64,000 bases of DNA. It comes from Eledone cirrhosa (lineage: Eukaryota). Positions 14,407 to 24,231 of this stretch are shown here, one piece after another. The DNA lies in NCBI GenBank assembly GCA_964016885.1, contig OZ024743.1, positions 152,396,001 to 152,460,000 of the forward strand, read 5' to 3'. The stretch's first letter is position 1. Each line of letters starts with the position of its first letter. The notes under the pieces are model-generated. The model saw only the letters and a list, made by a program, of their open reading frames with translations, made no database searches and was not told the origin of the DNA. The translations under genes were made by a program, and so were the position numbers.

Positions 14407-14642
14407 TCCCCACCACCACCCCACTCTCAAGAGCGTGAAACTAATAAACCTTTGTTCGTACTGCCTCTCTGTTTTGTTCCCGTTCCATTTTTCACTATAT
14501 AACCAAAGATTAATATGGTTCGTTGATTACTCAACGAATACAGTTTTACAATAGATTAGAAGGACTCAAAAGAAAAGTTTTCCTGGAGTTTTTAATATTA
14601 TTCAAAATGTTAACAAATGAAAAATATTCGCATAATCAAAAT

Positions 14643-14715
14643 ATATACTTTATTATATATATTTCAAAGGTACTGTGCTGTTTTTTTCAGTACGTCCTCA
14701 TCAGACAAAATATAT
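14643..14715 (-). ncRNA. Type I hammerhead ribozyme (mirror copy)
   Basis: Reverse complement of the 14817-14889 motif. Confidence 0.75.
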
Positions 14716-14816
14716 GATTTGATATATGACATACCGCTACGGTCTTGATTATTCAATCCCCTGCCAATACGGGGATTGAATAATCAAGACCGTAGCGGTA
14801 TGTCATATATCAAATC

Positions 14817-14889
14817 ATATATTTTGTCTGATGAGGACGTACTGAAAAAAACAGCACAGTACCTTTGAAATATATATAATAAAGTATAT
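14817..14889 (+). ncRNA. Type I hammerhead ribozyme
   Basis: Stem I AUAUAUUUUGU/AUAAAGUAUAU; CUGAUGA at 14828; stem II GGAcGUACUG/CAGUACcUUU; GAAA; palindromic stem III AUAUAUAU; AUA cleavage triplet. Confidence 0.75.
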
Positions 14890-15050
14890 ATTTTGATTAT
14901 GCGAATACTTTTCATTTGTTAACATTTTGAATAATATATATATATATTTATATTATATACATATATATATATACACATACATATGTATATATATATATAT
15001 ATTTATATATACATATGTATATATGTTGTGTTTTATATATATATATATAT

Positions 15051-15397
15051 GGCTTAGTGGTTAGAGCATTGGCCTTGCAATCGAAAGGTTGTGAGTTCAA
15101 TTCTCAGACCGGGTGATGTGTTGTTTCCTTGAGCAAGACACTTTATTTCACATTGCTCCAGTTTACTCAGCTGTAGAAATGAGATGATAGGGACTGAGAT
15201 CCATATCATTCCACTGCTAAGTGGTCGTGGAGGTGCCACGGCAAAAAAAAGCACCCAGCACTCACTATAAATGAGGTTGGTGTTAGGAAGGGCATCCAGC
15301 TGTAGAAATCAAGCCAGAATCAGTTCCCGTCCCACCCTTGCAAGCAGGGAAAAAAAGCGGACGTAAAATGAAATGATGATGATGATGATGATGATGA
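15051..15397 (+). mobile_element. Full-length tRNA-derived CORE-like SINE with RTE-derived body and tail
   Basis: A box GGCTTAGTGG, B box GAGTTCAATTC, CTTGAGCAAGACACTT core; 3' end matches the RTE end at 47418-47478, then (ATG)n. Confidence 0.85.
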
Positions 15398-15505
15398 TAT
15401 ACATATGTATGTATATATATGTGTTTTATATATATACATATATATATGTGTTTTATATATATACATATATATATATGTTATATATATATGTATATATATA
15501 TATGT

Positions 15506-15537
<32 letters not shown>

Positions 15538-15657
15538 TATATGTTATATATATATGCATATATATATATATATATATGTATGTAGATATGTTATATATAT
15601 ATATATATTTGGTGTATGATATATATATATAACATATACGTACATACATATATACAT

Positions 15658-15701
<44 letters not shown>

Positions 15702-15722
15702 CATATACGTACATACATACAT

Positions 15723-15776
<54 letters not shown>

Positions 15777-15932
15777 ATAACATTCTCATATAACGAGAAT
15801 AAACATTCCAGACTCTTGATGTTTTAATTTTCCCAACAAGAGTTTTGTGCAAAGCAGGCGGTTATCTTTTGTCTTTGCAAACATGTATTGGCTTCTCCGC
15901 ATCAGATATTACTTGTTTCGAAGGTCCTCACA

Positions 15933-16083
15933 CAGTGCCGGATTTAGGACAAATTAGGCACTGTTCTAGTTAAGTTATGAGACCCCAAACATTTGAAAAA
16001 TTAACAATGTTTTTGGCGGGCAGATGGGCTCTCCTTGGCTCTGTGCTTAAGCACACCTAAGCACAATGGTAAATCCATCACTG
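15933..16083. mobile_element. hAT-like MITE
   Basis: Imperfect TIR CAGTGCCGGATTTA…TAAATCCATCACTG; TSD degraded. Confidence 0.55.
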
Positions 16084-16451
16084 TCTCATGCACAATTATT
16101 CCGATAGCAATGGTGTTAATTGACTTTCTGGGGCTGTTATCGATATTTTTCTGCGTCTTTTGTACTAATTTGGATGTTCTGGTGGTATTAGGATCCTAAG
16201 CAGACGTTTTTCGTCAGTGACTTACAGCTGTTTGCGAACATTGACAATAAACGAGTATGAAACTTTCAGGAAGCGGGGGACTCTCTAAATCACAATGTTC
16301 TGCTTTTAAAGTAGCGATTGTAGTGTGCCTTTTCATTTGCTGAGTTAGCTTGATGTCTGTCATCATTTATCCGAAAGGAAATGATAATCAGAAGAGGTTA
16401 GAAAAAAGTGAGAACTATTGAAGGACGTGCCGCCAACGAACTGAGGACCCC

Positions 16452-16494
<43 letters not shown>

Positions 16495-16766
16495 TTCTGT
16501 ATATATATAAATATACATATTAGATATTAGGCATGTGCATATTATATATTGACGTAATCTTGGTTACTTCTTCTGTGTGTATACAGATATAACTTTATCA
16601 TACCCATCAGCCTCAAGCTCACATCTTAATATATACCTTAATTAATTACCAACACAAGCGCTAATTATATGCAAATTAGTACGCCCATTTCAGAATAATA
16701 CTAAGGCCGAATGGGTAAATAAGCCCATCAAATACGTATTTCCTTGTGGTTATTTGCATGATATAC

Positions 16767-16817
16767 AAAACTTCTGATGAGGGCCCAATTAGGCCAGAAA
16801 ATCGATCAAAGGTGTTT
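16767..16817 (+). ncRNA. Minimal hammerhead ribozyme motif within a diverged ~340-bp tandem unit
   Basis: CUGAUGA(16774)-gGGCC-caauua-GGCCa-GAAA-AUCGAU-C; diverged direct repeats start at 16562 and 16903. Confidence 0.6.
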
Positions 16818-17137
16818 ATCACTTTTTCAATTTACTGAGAAATTCGTATGTTTACATGCTTACGTATTAGATGTATATTTATATTCACATTGGGGCAATA
16901 TCGGTTACACCCTCAGTATGTATAGATAAAACTTTATCATACACCTTGGCTGCTAGTGAACTTCTTAATATACAATATATATATATATGTGTGTGTGGTG
17001 TGTGTGTGTGTGTGTGTGGATAGATATGTATATATATATATATATATATATGTAGGAGGTGAGTTTTATTGTAGTACAATAAAGCAATGCAGATATCGGA
17101 TAAGAAGCACTCTACAGTTTGTAGGACTGGAGTATAC

Positions 17138-17416
17138 ATAATATAAGATCAAAAGATGGTTAAAGGAGTTCCATGTATTTTATTATGCGCATTTCAAAAA
17201 CAAACATCATCATGCAATAATATTTGTGTTTTCATCAGATAAAACATGTTGATTTAAAACTGCACTATCCACAAGTGTTTTTTAGCCTTCATATCATGTT
17301 CTCCTGTTTTATCATGTGTTTTCATCATGAAAACACAAATATTATTGCATGATGATGTTTGTTTTTGAAATGCGCATAATAAAATACATGGAACTCCTTT
17401 AACCATCTTTTGATCT

Positions 17417-17424
<8 letters not shown>
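17138..17424. mobile_element. Head-to-head inverted pair of an HHR cassette
   Basis: Arms 17138-17235 and 17327-17424; the right arm is truncated inside CUGAUGA and runs into (TA)n. Confidence 0.8.
17172..17248 (-). ncRNA. Type I hammerhead ribozyme
   Basis: CAUG-UUUUAU-CUGAUGA-long stem II (ACAAAUAUUAUU/GAUGAUGUUUGU)-GAAA-UGCGCA-UA-AUAAAA-ua-CAUG. Confidence 0.8.
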
Positions 17425-17473
<49 letters not shown>

Positions 17474-17616
17474 CGTGTGTATGTATGCATATATATATAT
17501 GTGTGTGTTTCCGAGTATATGTATTATGTGTGTACTTGTAAATATATGTATATGTACAGGCGTATGTGTGTGTACGTGAATTAAGAAAATGCAATGAAGT
17601 TTCGTTTATATGTTGT

Positions 17617-17882
17617 TGTTTTTTTATTATCGACCTGTTACATACGTTTCACAGATGATTGGCTCAAGGTCACTTATGGAAGCTATCGACCCGACTCCAG
17701 CATCGACCTGCTTGTCAGATTTGGTGATCCACAAAAATTAAAAAAAATAAACGGAAAAAAAACGGAGAATCACCAGGTCTGACGATCAGATCGATGCTGG
17801 GGTCACGTCCATAACCTCCAATGGTGACCTTGTGTCAATCATATGTGAAATGTATGTAACAGACCGATAATCAATAAAAACA
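17617..17882. mobile_element. Older, diverged head-to-head pair of an HHR cassette
   Basis: Arms 17617-17728 and 17769-17882, visibly diverged; + arm CUGACGA(17779)…GAAA(17847)UGUAUG-UA; - arm CUGACAA…GAAACGUAUG-UA; long stem II. Confidence 0.7.
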
Positions 17883-17896
17883 TGTAAATGAAACTT

Positions 17897-19305
17897 TATC
17901 AATGGCCTGACTGTTTCACGAAGACTGCTACAGATACCTGGGGATAGACTAGAATATATCCTATGGAGGTATTTGTAACAAGGAACGCATAACCAAGGAA
18001 TATAATACCCGATTAAGAAAAATATGGTCATCTGAAATGTCTACGCACAATAAAACAGTTACTCACAATGTGCTTGCTGTGACTGTCCTATCACCAACGT
18101 TTGGAATACTAGATTGAACGAAAGAGTATATCCGAGCAATTGATGTTAAAACCAAAAAAAATCTTAAATAACACCAGAAACATCCACATCAACAGTGATA
18201 TAGTCCGCCTCTACTTGAATCGAAAGCAGGGAGGCAGAGGTCTAACATCAGTCCAGACAGTATTTGAATGTCACATTAAATCCATCCGGCAACATCTACG
18301 AACCTCCAAGCGTAGGAGCCCATCTATTGAGCAAGTCTAACTGCATGAGATAGATAAGATCATGAGAGTTGGGAAGGAACTCCTTGAAAGATATTCCCTG
18401 CATGATAATCAAACATTCACACCCAGGGAAATTGCCCAGCAATACGGCAGTGAATAGATTGATGAAAAACTGCGTGCTTATCAGCAAAAAATCATGCATG
18501 GCTATGTTGCAAAGAAGCTCCAAAGTGAGGGTAATATAGATAAGCAAAATAGTCTATCTTAGAATAACAACTGCTATATTGGCTCCCACTTTGAATGATA
18601 TGATTTTGCAATTAAAGAACAGGAAATCAATACAAAATACTTGATTCACAAAAGAGATAGGGATGCAGGCAAAACGTCTAGATGTGACAACAAATGCAGA
18701 CTCTGCAGAATTAACATCGAAGACTCATCCATGTCATAAGCAGCTGTCCAAAGATGTTATCACGGTACAATCTACCTATGAGACATGATGTAGTGGCCAA
18801 ACCACTATACAATGGAAATCCGTAGAAAAGATAGCCCCGACAGTAATTACATTACAAGTTACAGCAATATGGATGACATATACATAATATGAAAAAGTAC
18901 TGTTCCTGCCAAAACCCCAATAAAATCAAGCATAACAGACCAGATATAATGATATGGGTTAGGGAAAAGAAGGCATGCACAATAGTGGAAGTTATCTGCC
19001 CAGCAGATGCCAATATAATATTAAAAATTAGCGAAAAGGAGAAATCTACAGATACTCCACCCTGATTATACCTTCAGATGTATACCGGTTGTTATTGGGG
19101 TACTGGGATATGTTAGTAACAGTTTCAGTACAAATCTTGAGAAGCTAGGCTTCACAGAACCAAGAAGAACACGAATATTTAGGAAATTACAAGTACAATC
19201 CATTAATGGAACAGTAAAAATATGTAAAACTACCAAAAATTCTGCATGTAAAAACTACATGTATACATGCACACATATAACTCAAAATGCCCACATCCAC
19301 TCATA
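17897..19305 (+). mobile_element. R4/Dong-like (RLE) non-LTR retrotransposon, 3' half, degraded
   Basis: HINSDIVRLYLNRKQGGRGL, CRLC…H…SC zinc knuckle, HNRPDI restriction-like endonuclease remnant; homologous to 63015-63900. Confidence 0.85.
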
Positions 19306-19344
19306 TCTTAAGTTTTCTTAGAGTTGTCTGGAATGTATCCACTT

Positions 19345-19427
19345 AACACACGCTGATGAACCTGGGTGTTTCATTCCATTCACCAATCTTTTGGCGAAAC
19401 AAATCTCTTTGGGTTTGTACGTGTGTT
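19345..19427 (+). ncRNA. Type I hammerhead ribozyme with stable stem III
   Basis: Stem I AACACACG/CGUGUGUU (8 bp perfect); CUGAUGA at 19353; imperfect stem II; GAAA at 19396; stem III CAAAUCU/GGGUUUG; GUA triplet. Confidence 0.75.
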
Positions 19428-19602
19428 ATATATAGTTATAAAGGTGGGTAAATTCATTCTGATTTATATTTTTAATTATTATGCGTCTACCTCACTTTTC
19501 GTAGTTTATAGATTCCACACACTGGTGGTTTTCCCTGTACATTGATAAACACACACACTCTCTCTCTCGTGTGTTATCTTTTCTACATATTATATATATA
19601 CT

Positions 19603-22520
19603 GCTACCTGTTCCAGCCATCCGGTTGAGCCATGTTGGAGCACCGCCCTTGTTGCTACACGTTCTATATCCAGCCTGCGTTGGCTGGCTATTGATATAAG
19701 AGGGAGTTTGTTGCTGGTGCCCTTAGGTTCCCTTCGTTCCATGCTGTGGGTTCATCTGGGATCCTGGATAGCAGAGTGTCAAGATATTTCTTGAAAACAT
19801 CCACGTCCACACAATGCAGATCTCTCAAATTTCTATTAAAGAGTTGAGTCATTGAACCTCCAGCTATTGCAATATCTGCTCCTTACTCTAGATGTGAAAG
19901 ACGAGACTATTGGTACCACACATTGACGTCTTGTTCGAGGGTTGGTCCAGCTCTCAATGTCAAAGTGTGTGCTAGTCCCTCCAGGATCTTCCATATGTAT
20001 ATCGCTGCGTACCTCTCCCGCCTTCGTTCCAAGGAGTAGAGTTCTTTTAGCCTCTCCCAGTAGCTCATCTCCTTCATGTGGCACTCCTCTTGGTGTAGCT
20101 TCGTTGGATTGATTCAAGCTCCGTGGTTAGTTTGACACTATGAGGTGACCACAGTTGGGAACAATAATCCATTTGGCTTAGGACAAATGTCTACCATAGT
20201 GCCAACATGGTTTCTCGGTCTCTTGTTTTGAAAGTCCTCAAGATCCAGCCAGTGAGTCCTCTGCATATTGTTGCCATTTCCATGATGTGTGAAGAAAACG
20301 ATGTATCGTGACTCATGTCTATACCCAGGTCTCGTATCGATTTCGACACGGGGATTCCGTTCCCTCCTGGTCCGGTGTAGCTTTGTTGTACTGTCCTGTT
20401 GCTCTACTGTCCAGGTTGATATTGTAGGGCTTGAAGTTTTCCAACATTAAATTTAGCCCATTTGTATTTGGCATCCAGATCTCGGATTGCCTGTGCTACC
20501 CTTGTGTCATTAGCATAGCTGTGGGGGATGCTGTATGTACTACACAGGTCATGTCAGAAAGAGCTACCAAAAACAGTAGTGGTCCCATGACCGTACCCTG
20601 GGTCACCCCGGTTATTATTGATGTTTCCTTTGAGAGGTTCCCGCAACAGTCTGGCTTCAGTCTTTTAAGAAATCCTGCAGCCACTCACCTACTTTTCCAG
20701 TTATGCCGAGTCTGTGTAGTTTGTGATACATCTTTCCATGGTCGACCTTACCGAAGGCAGTCGACCTTATCGAAGGCCTTTGCAAATTCAAGATATATCA
20801 CATGTGAGCTATCTAGCAATTGTTTCAATACCCAGTCGTAGTGTTGTAAAATCAGTGTAAGGCAGCTTCTTCCTGGGCGAAAGCTATGCTGCGTGTTAAT
20901 TAGGCGGTCATTTTCTTCGAGGAACACGATCAGTTTCTTTCTGATGTTTCGTTCCATGACCTTACTGATATGTGAGGTCAGAGAGACTGGCCTGCAATTT
21001 TTAGCTTCTGCTCTGCTTCCTCTATTATGGATAGGGTATATTATGCCTCCTTTTAGTTCTCTGGGTAGTTTACCGCTAACCAGAGAACTTCTGAAGAAGA
21101 TCTTCATTGGTCATACTAAGGAATGCTTGCATGTTTTTAGGAGGATTGCTGGGAATCCATCAGGTTCAGCAGGTGAGCTTGCTCTCATTTTTTCTATAGC
21201 TGATATTATATCTTCCTCCGTTATATCTATGTGGTTGATGATCGTCATTTCTCCATATAGTGCTGTGGCATCAAAGTATTCTCCTGGCTTTGTTATTTGC
21301 ATGTGCCTCATTGGGTGTATGAAAACACTTTTGTATTGTTCATTCAGTGTATCACTTACCTACTGAGGATCCTCGGTCAATGAGCCATTTGTATGGAAAA
21401 GAGGCCCAACCTTGCAGTGTACCGAGACAGATTCTTTTGCAAATTCAAATAAGACTTGAAGTTTGTTTTAATATTTTCTATGGCCATGGCTTCTCTCTCT
21501 GCCCTCTCCTTCTCGTGGGAAATTTTGAGTGCAGTTTCAATTTCAAGCAGTGCCTGTTTCAGATAGAGTTCCTTCTTGTTCTTCTGTTGTGCAATTAACA
21601 GGTTTGAGATCTTTGTTCTTCGTCTCATAAGGATTTTCCTCTCTCTGGGAATAAGATTTTTGTCTCCGTTGACCTTTTTTCCGGGACAAACTTACGACAT
21701 ATGGTTTGTATTGTTGTCATGAAATGTTGAAATTGTACATTGGTGTCTTGTGTGGAGATGTTATCGATCGAGTTTGGTTTCAGGATCTCTTCCTGGATTC
21801 CTTTCTAGTTAGGCTTATGAAAGTTTAGGCTGGATAGATTCCCGGTGCTTCCTAAAGATGCGTCTCTACTGACTCCCCTGGATTATATATCATGAGTTCT
21901 ACTATGTTATGATCCGAGAAAATCGTTGGTGTCACCTTTACATTGTGGATGAGCACTACGTTATTTGTAACGCAAAGATCCAGAACATCCCCCCCCCACC
22001 TCTTGTTGGGTGGAGTACTACTTGTTCCATGAACAGCCTGTTTGTGAGGACCAGCAGGGACTCTCTGTCTCTGTTCGAGTGTTGACAACCCTTCTGTTGG
22101 TTTCTGTGGAGAGACCAAAGGATAGGTTTCTCCAGCAAAGTTGTTTTGGGGTTTGTTGAAAAACTCTTGGATCGTGTCAATAACGTCCTGTGTACGCTTC
22201 CTGTGTCGTCAAGAATGGGCAGGACGGCCCGCAGAGATTGTAATGAAGTTTGCCACTGTATCATAGGTCACAAACTTCTTCCCCCAGTTTTGCATATTGG
22301 CTTTGAAGGGAGATTTATCTGTTCCAAAAAAATGCATGAAATTGCTCCTGACTTGCTTTTTACGAGTGACGCTTATAGTAGTGTTTCTCACAAACACTCC
22401 GGTGCTGGAGTTTCCATGGAACTTTCGTCTTCTCAGACGTTGTATCTGCCATGTCCTGAAATTTGAGGTTGATCAGTTAGAAAATGAATATCTAGTCACA
22501 CAAAACATATGCGGGACAGT
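19603..22520 (-). mobile_element. CR1-clade LINE, degraded (APE + RT + 3' tail)
   Basis: LDLCVTNN…FSDHNIV (APE), RPVSLTSHISKVME, YLEFAKAFDKVD, GVTQGTVMGPLLFL; 3' tail similar to 5862-5912. Confidence 0.88.
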
Positions 22521-22552
22521 TTTTTTTAGACCTCTGTATATGTTTGAATGTA

Positions 22553-22644
<92 letters not shown>

Positions 22645-22910
22645 CATGTATGTATGAATGTATGTAACCACTTAGCCACGCACATCAAAAATGGTTACAC
22701 GACGACTTTGATGTCTTTGAAATGTGCATAACAGATGATGTGTTAAACTGAGGATGTATACGTGATACCGTATCTATTCTTTTTTATTATATATATGTGT
22801 GTGTGTGAAAGAATGTCCCGCGTAGCTAAGATCATACATACATATACAGCGGTCTAAAAAAAAACTCCTCCCGCATACGTCTCTTTCTCTCTTTTTTTCT
22901 CTCTCTCTTT

Positions 22911-22949
<39 letters not shown>

Positions 22950-23051
22950 AAGACAAACATAGAATATTCGAAAATATTCTGTATGTTTATAATAAACATT
23001 TCGAAGACCCAATCGCTATAGAATAGAATACGTCACGTATTACAATTTGAG

Positions 23052-23140
23052 ATTCTCGATAAAAGCAAGGGAAGTAACCTACGCGTTTCATTCTTATTAG
23101 AAATCATCAGGATTACATATCCAGTGCTTTTATCGAGAAT
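23052..23140 (-). ncRNA. Type I hammerhead ribozyme (mirror copy)
   Basis: Reverse complement of 23362-23450. Confidence 0.8.
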
Positions 23141-23361
23141 GACACAGCTAGAGACTTATAGAATACTTAGCTGTGTACAGGAACTGATTTGAAAGAGCGG
23201 TTGCCGGTCCGGCAGAAATTAGAATTTGGATATAATGCTCTGAAATAGCGATATATATGTGAAGCATTATATCCAAATTCTAATTTCTGCCGGACCGGCA
23301 ACCGCTCTTTCAAATCAGTTCCTGTACACAGCTAAGTATTCTATAAGTCTCTAGCTGTGTC

Positions 23362-23450
23362 ATTCTCGATAAAAGCACTGGATATGTAATCCTGATGATT
23401 TCTAATAAGAATGAAACGCGTAGGTTACTTCCCTTGCTTTTATCGAGAAT
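23362..23450 (+). ncRNA. Type I hammerhead ribozyme with extended stem I
   Basis: GUAAUC-CUGAUGA(23392)-uUUCU-aaua-AGAAu-GAAA-CGCG-UA-GGUUAC, closed by a distal 16-bp helix AUUCUCGAUAAAAGCA/UGCUUUUAUCGAGAAU. Confidence 0.8.
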
Positions 23451-23585
23451 CTCAAATTGTAATACGTGACGTATTCTATTCTATAGCGATTGGGTCTTCG
23501 AAATGTTTATTATAAACATACAGAATATTTTCGAATATTCTATGTTTGTCTTCACATATATATCGCTATTTCAGAGCATTATATC

Positions 23586-23656
<71 letters not shown>

Positions 23657-23695
23657 GATATTAATAAATGGAAACTATATTTATAAAACCATATT

Positions 23696-23760
23696 TATTT
23701 CATTATACATATTTCAGGGATACCAAATTAAATTATGGTATGCCTTCATCAGACAAAATA
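23696..23760 (-). ncRNA. Type I hammerhead ribozyme (mirror copy)
   Basis: Reverse complement of 23834-23898. Confidence 0.8.
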
Positions 23761-23833
23761 CAATATATAACAGTTTTACAAATAAGCTTTGAAGTACCCT
23801 ATTAAAATGCAACCATAAAACTGTTATATATTG

Positions 23834-23898
23834 TATTTTGTCTGATGAAGGCATACCATAATTTAATTTGGTATCCCTGAAATATGTATAATGAAATA
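23834..23898 (+). ncRNA. Type I hammerhead ribozyme
   Basis: UAUUUUGU-CUGAUGA(23842)-AGGcAUACCA…UGGUAUcCCU-GAAA-UAUGUA-UA-AUGAAAUA; related to the 14817 motif. Confidence 0.8.
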
Positions 23899-24026
23899 AA
23901 TATGGTTTTATAAATATAGTTTCCATTTATTAATATCGTATATCTACGCCAAATACTTGTCGAGCGCTTTATATCAGTTATAAAAATATTTACTTGTTGT
24001 ATCCCAACAATTTTAAATAGAACTTT

Positions 24027-24083
<57 letters not shown>

Positions 24084-24170
24084 GGTGTGACTATTAGTGT
24101 GGCAGAGTATAAAAACAAACACCCACACAATATATAGATATGTGCGTATGTATGTGTGTGTATGTATATA

Positions 24171-24231
<61 letters not shown>

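Larger units (their letters stand above)
14595..14937. mobile_element. Head-to-head inverted pair of an HHR cassette (167-bp arms, 9-nt loop)
   Basis: 14595-14761 vs 14771-14937, one mismatch seen; right arm ends in (TA)n. Confidence 0.85.
22940..23590. mobile_element. Head-to-head inverted pair of a 312-nt HHR-containing unit (retrozyme-like)
   Basis: Arms about 22940-23239 and 23263-23562, essentially identical; AGCATTATATCCAAAT repeats at 23263 and 23575; (TA)n on both flanks. Confidence 0.85.
23651..24030. mobile_element. Head-to-head inverted pair of an HHR cassette
   Basis: Arms about 23651-23778 and 23816-23943 with a 37-nt spacer; right copy extends to 24030; (TA)n on both flanks. 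Confidence 0.85.

Noticed and set aside
15051-15115. tRNA gene
   Set aside because: A and B boxes belong to a SINE head; no complete cloverleaf
22680-22735. ACAUCAAA…UUUGAUGU followed by GAAA-UGUGCA-UA
   Set aside because: Resembles the 3' half of an HHR but the CUGANGA half is missing; at most a relic
14595-24030. Inverted duplications explained as whole-genome-amplification or assembly chimeras
   Set aside because: Disfavoured but not excluded for the identical pairs: consistent polarity, an HHR in each, and diverged older pairs argue for a biological origin
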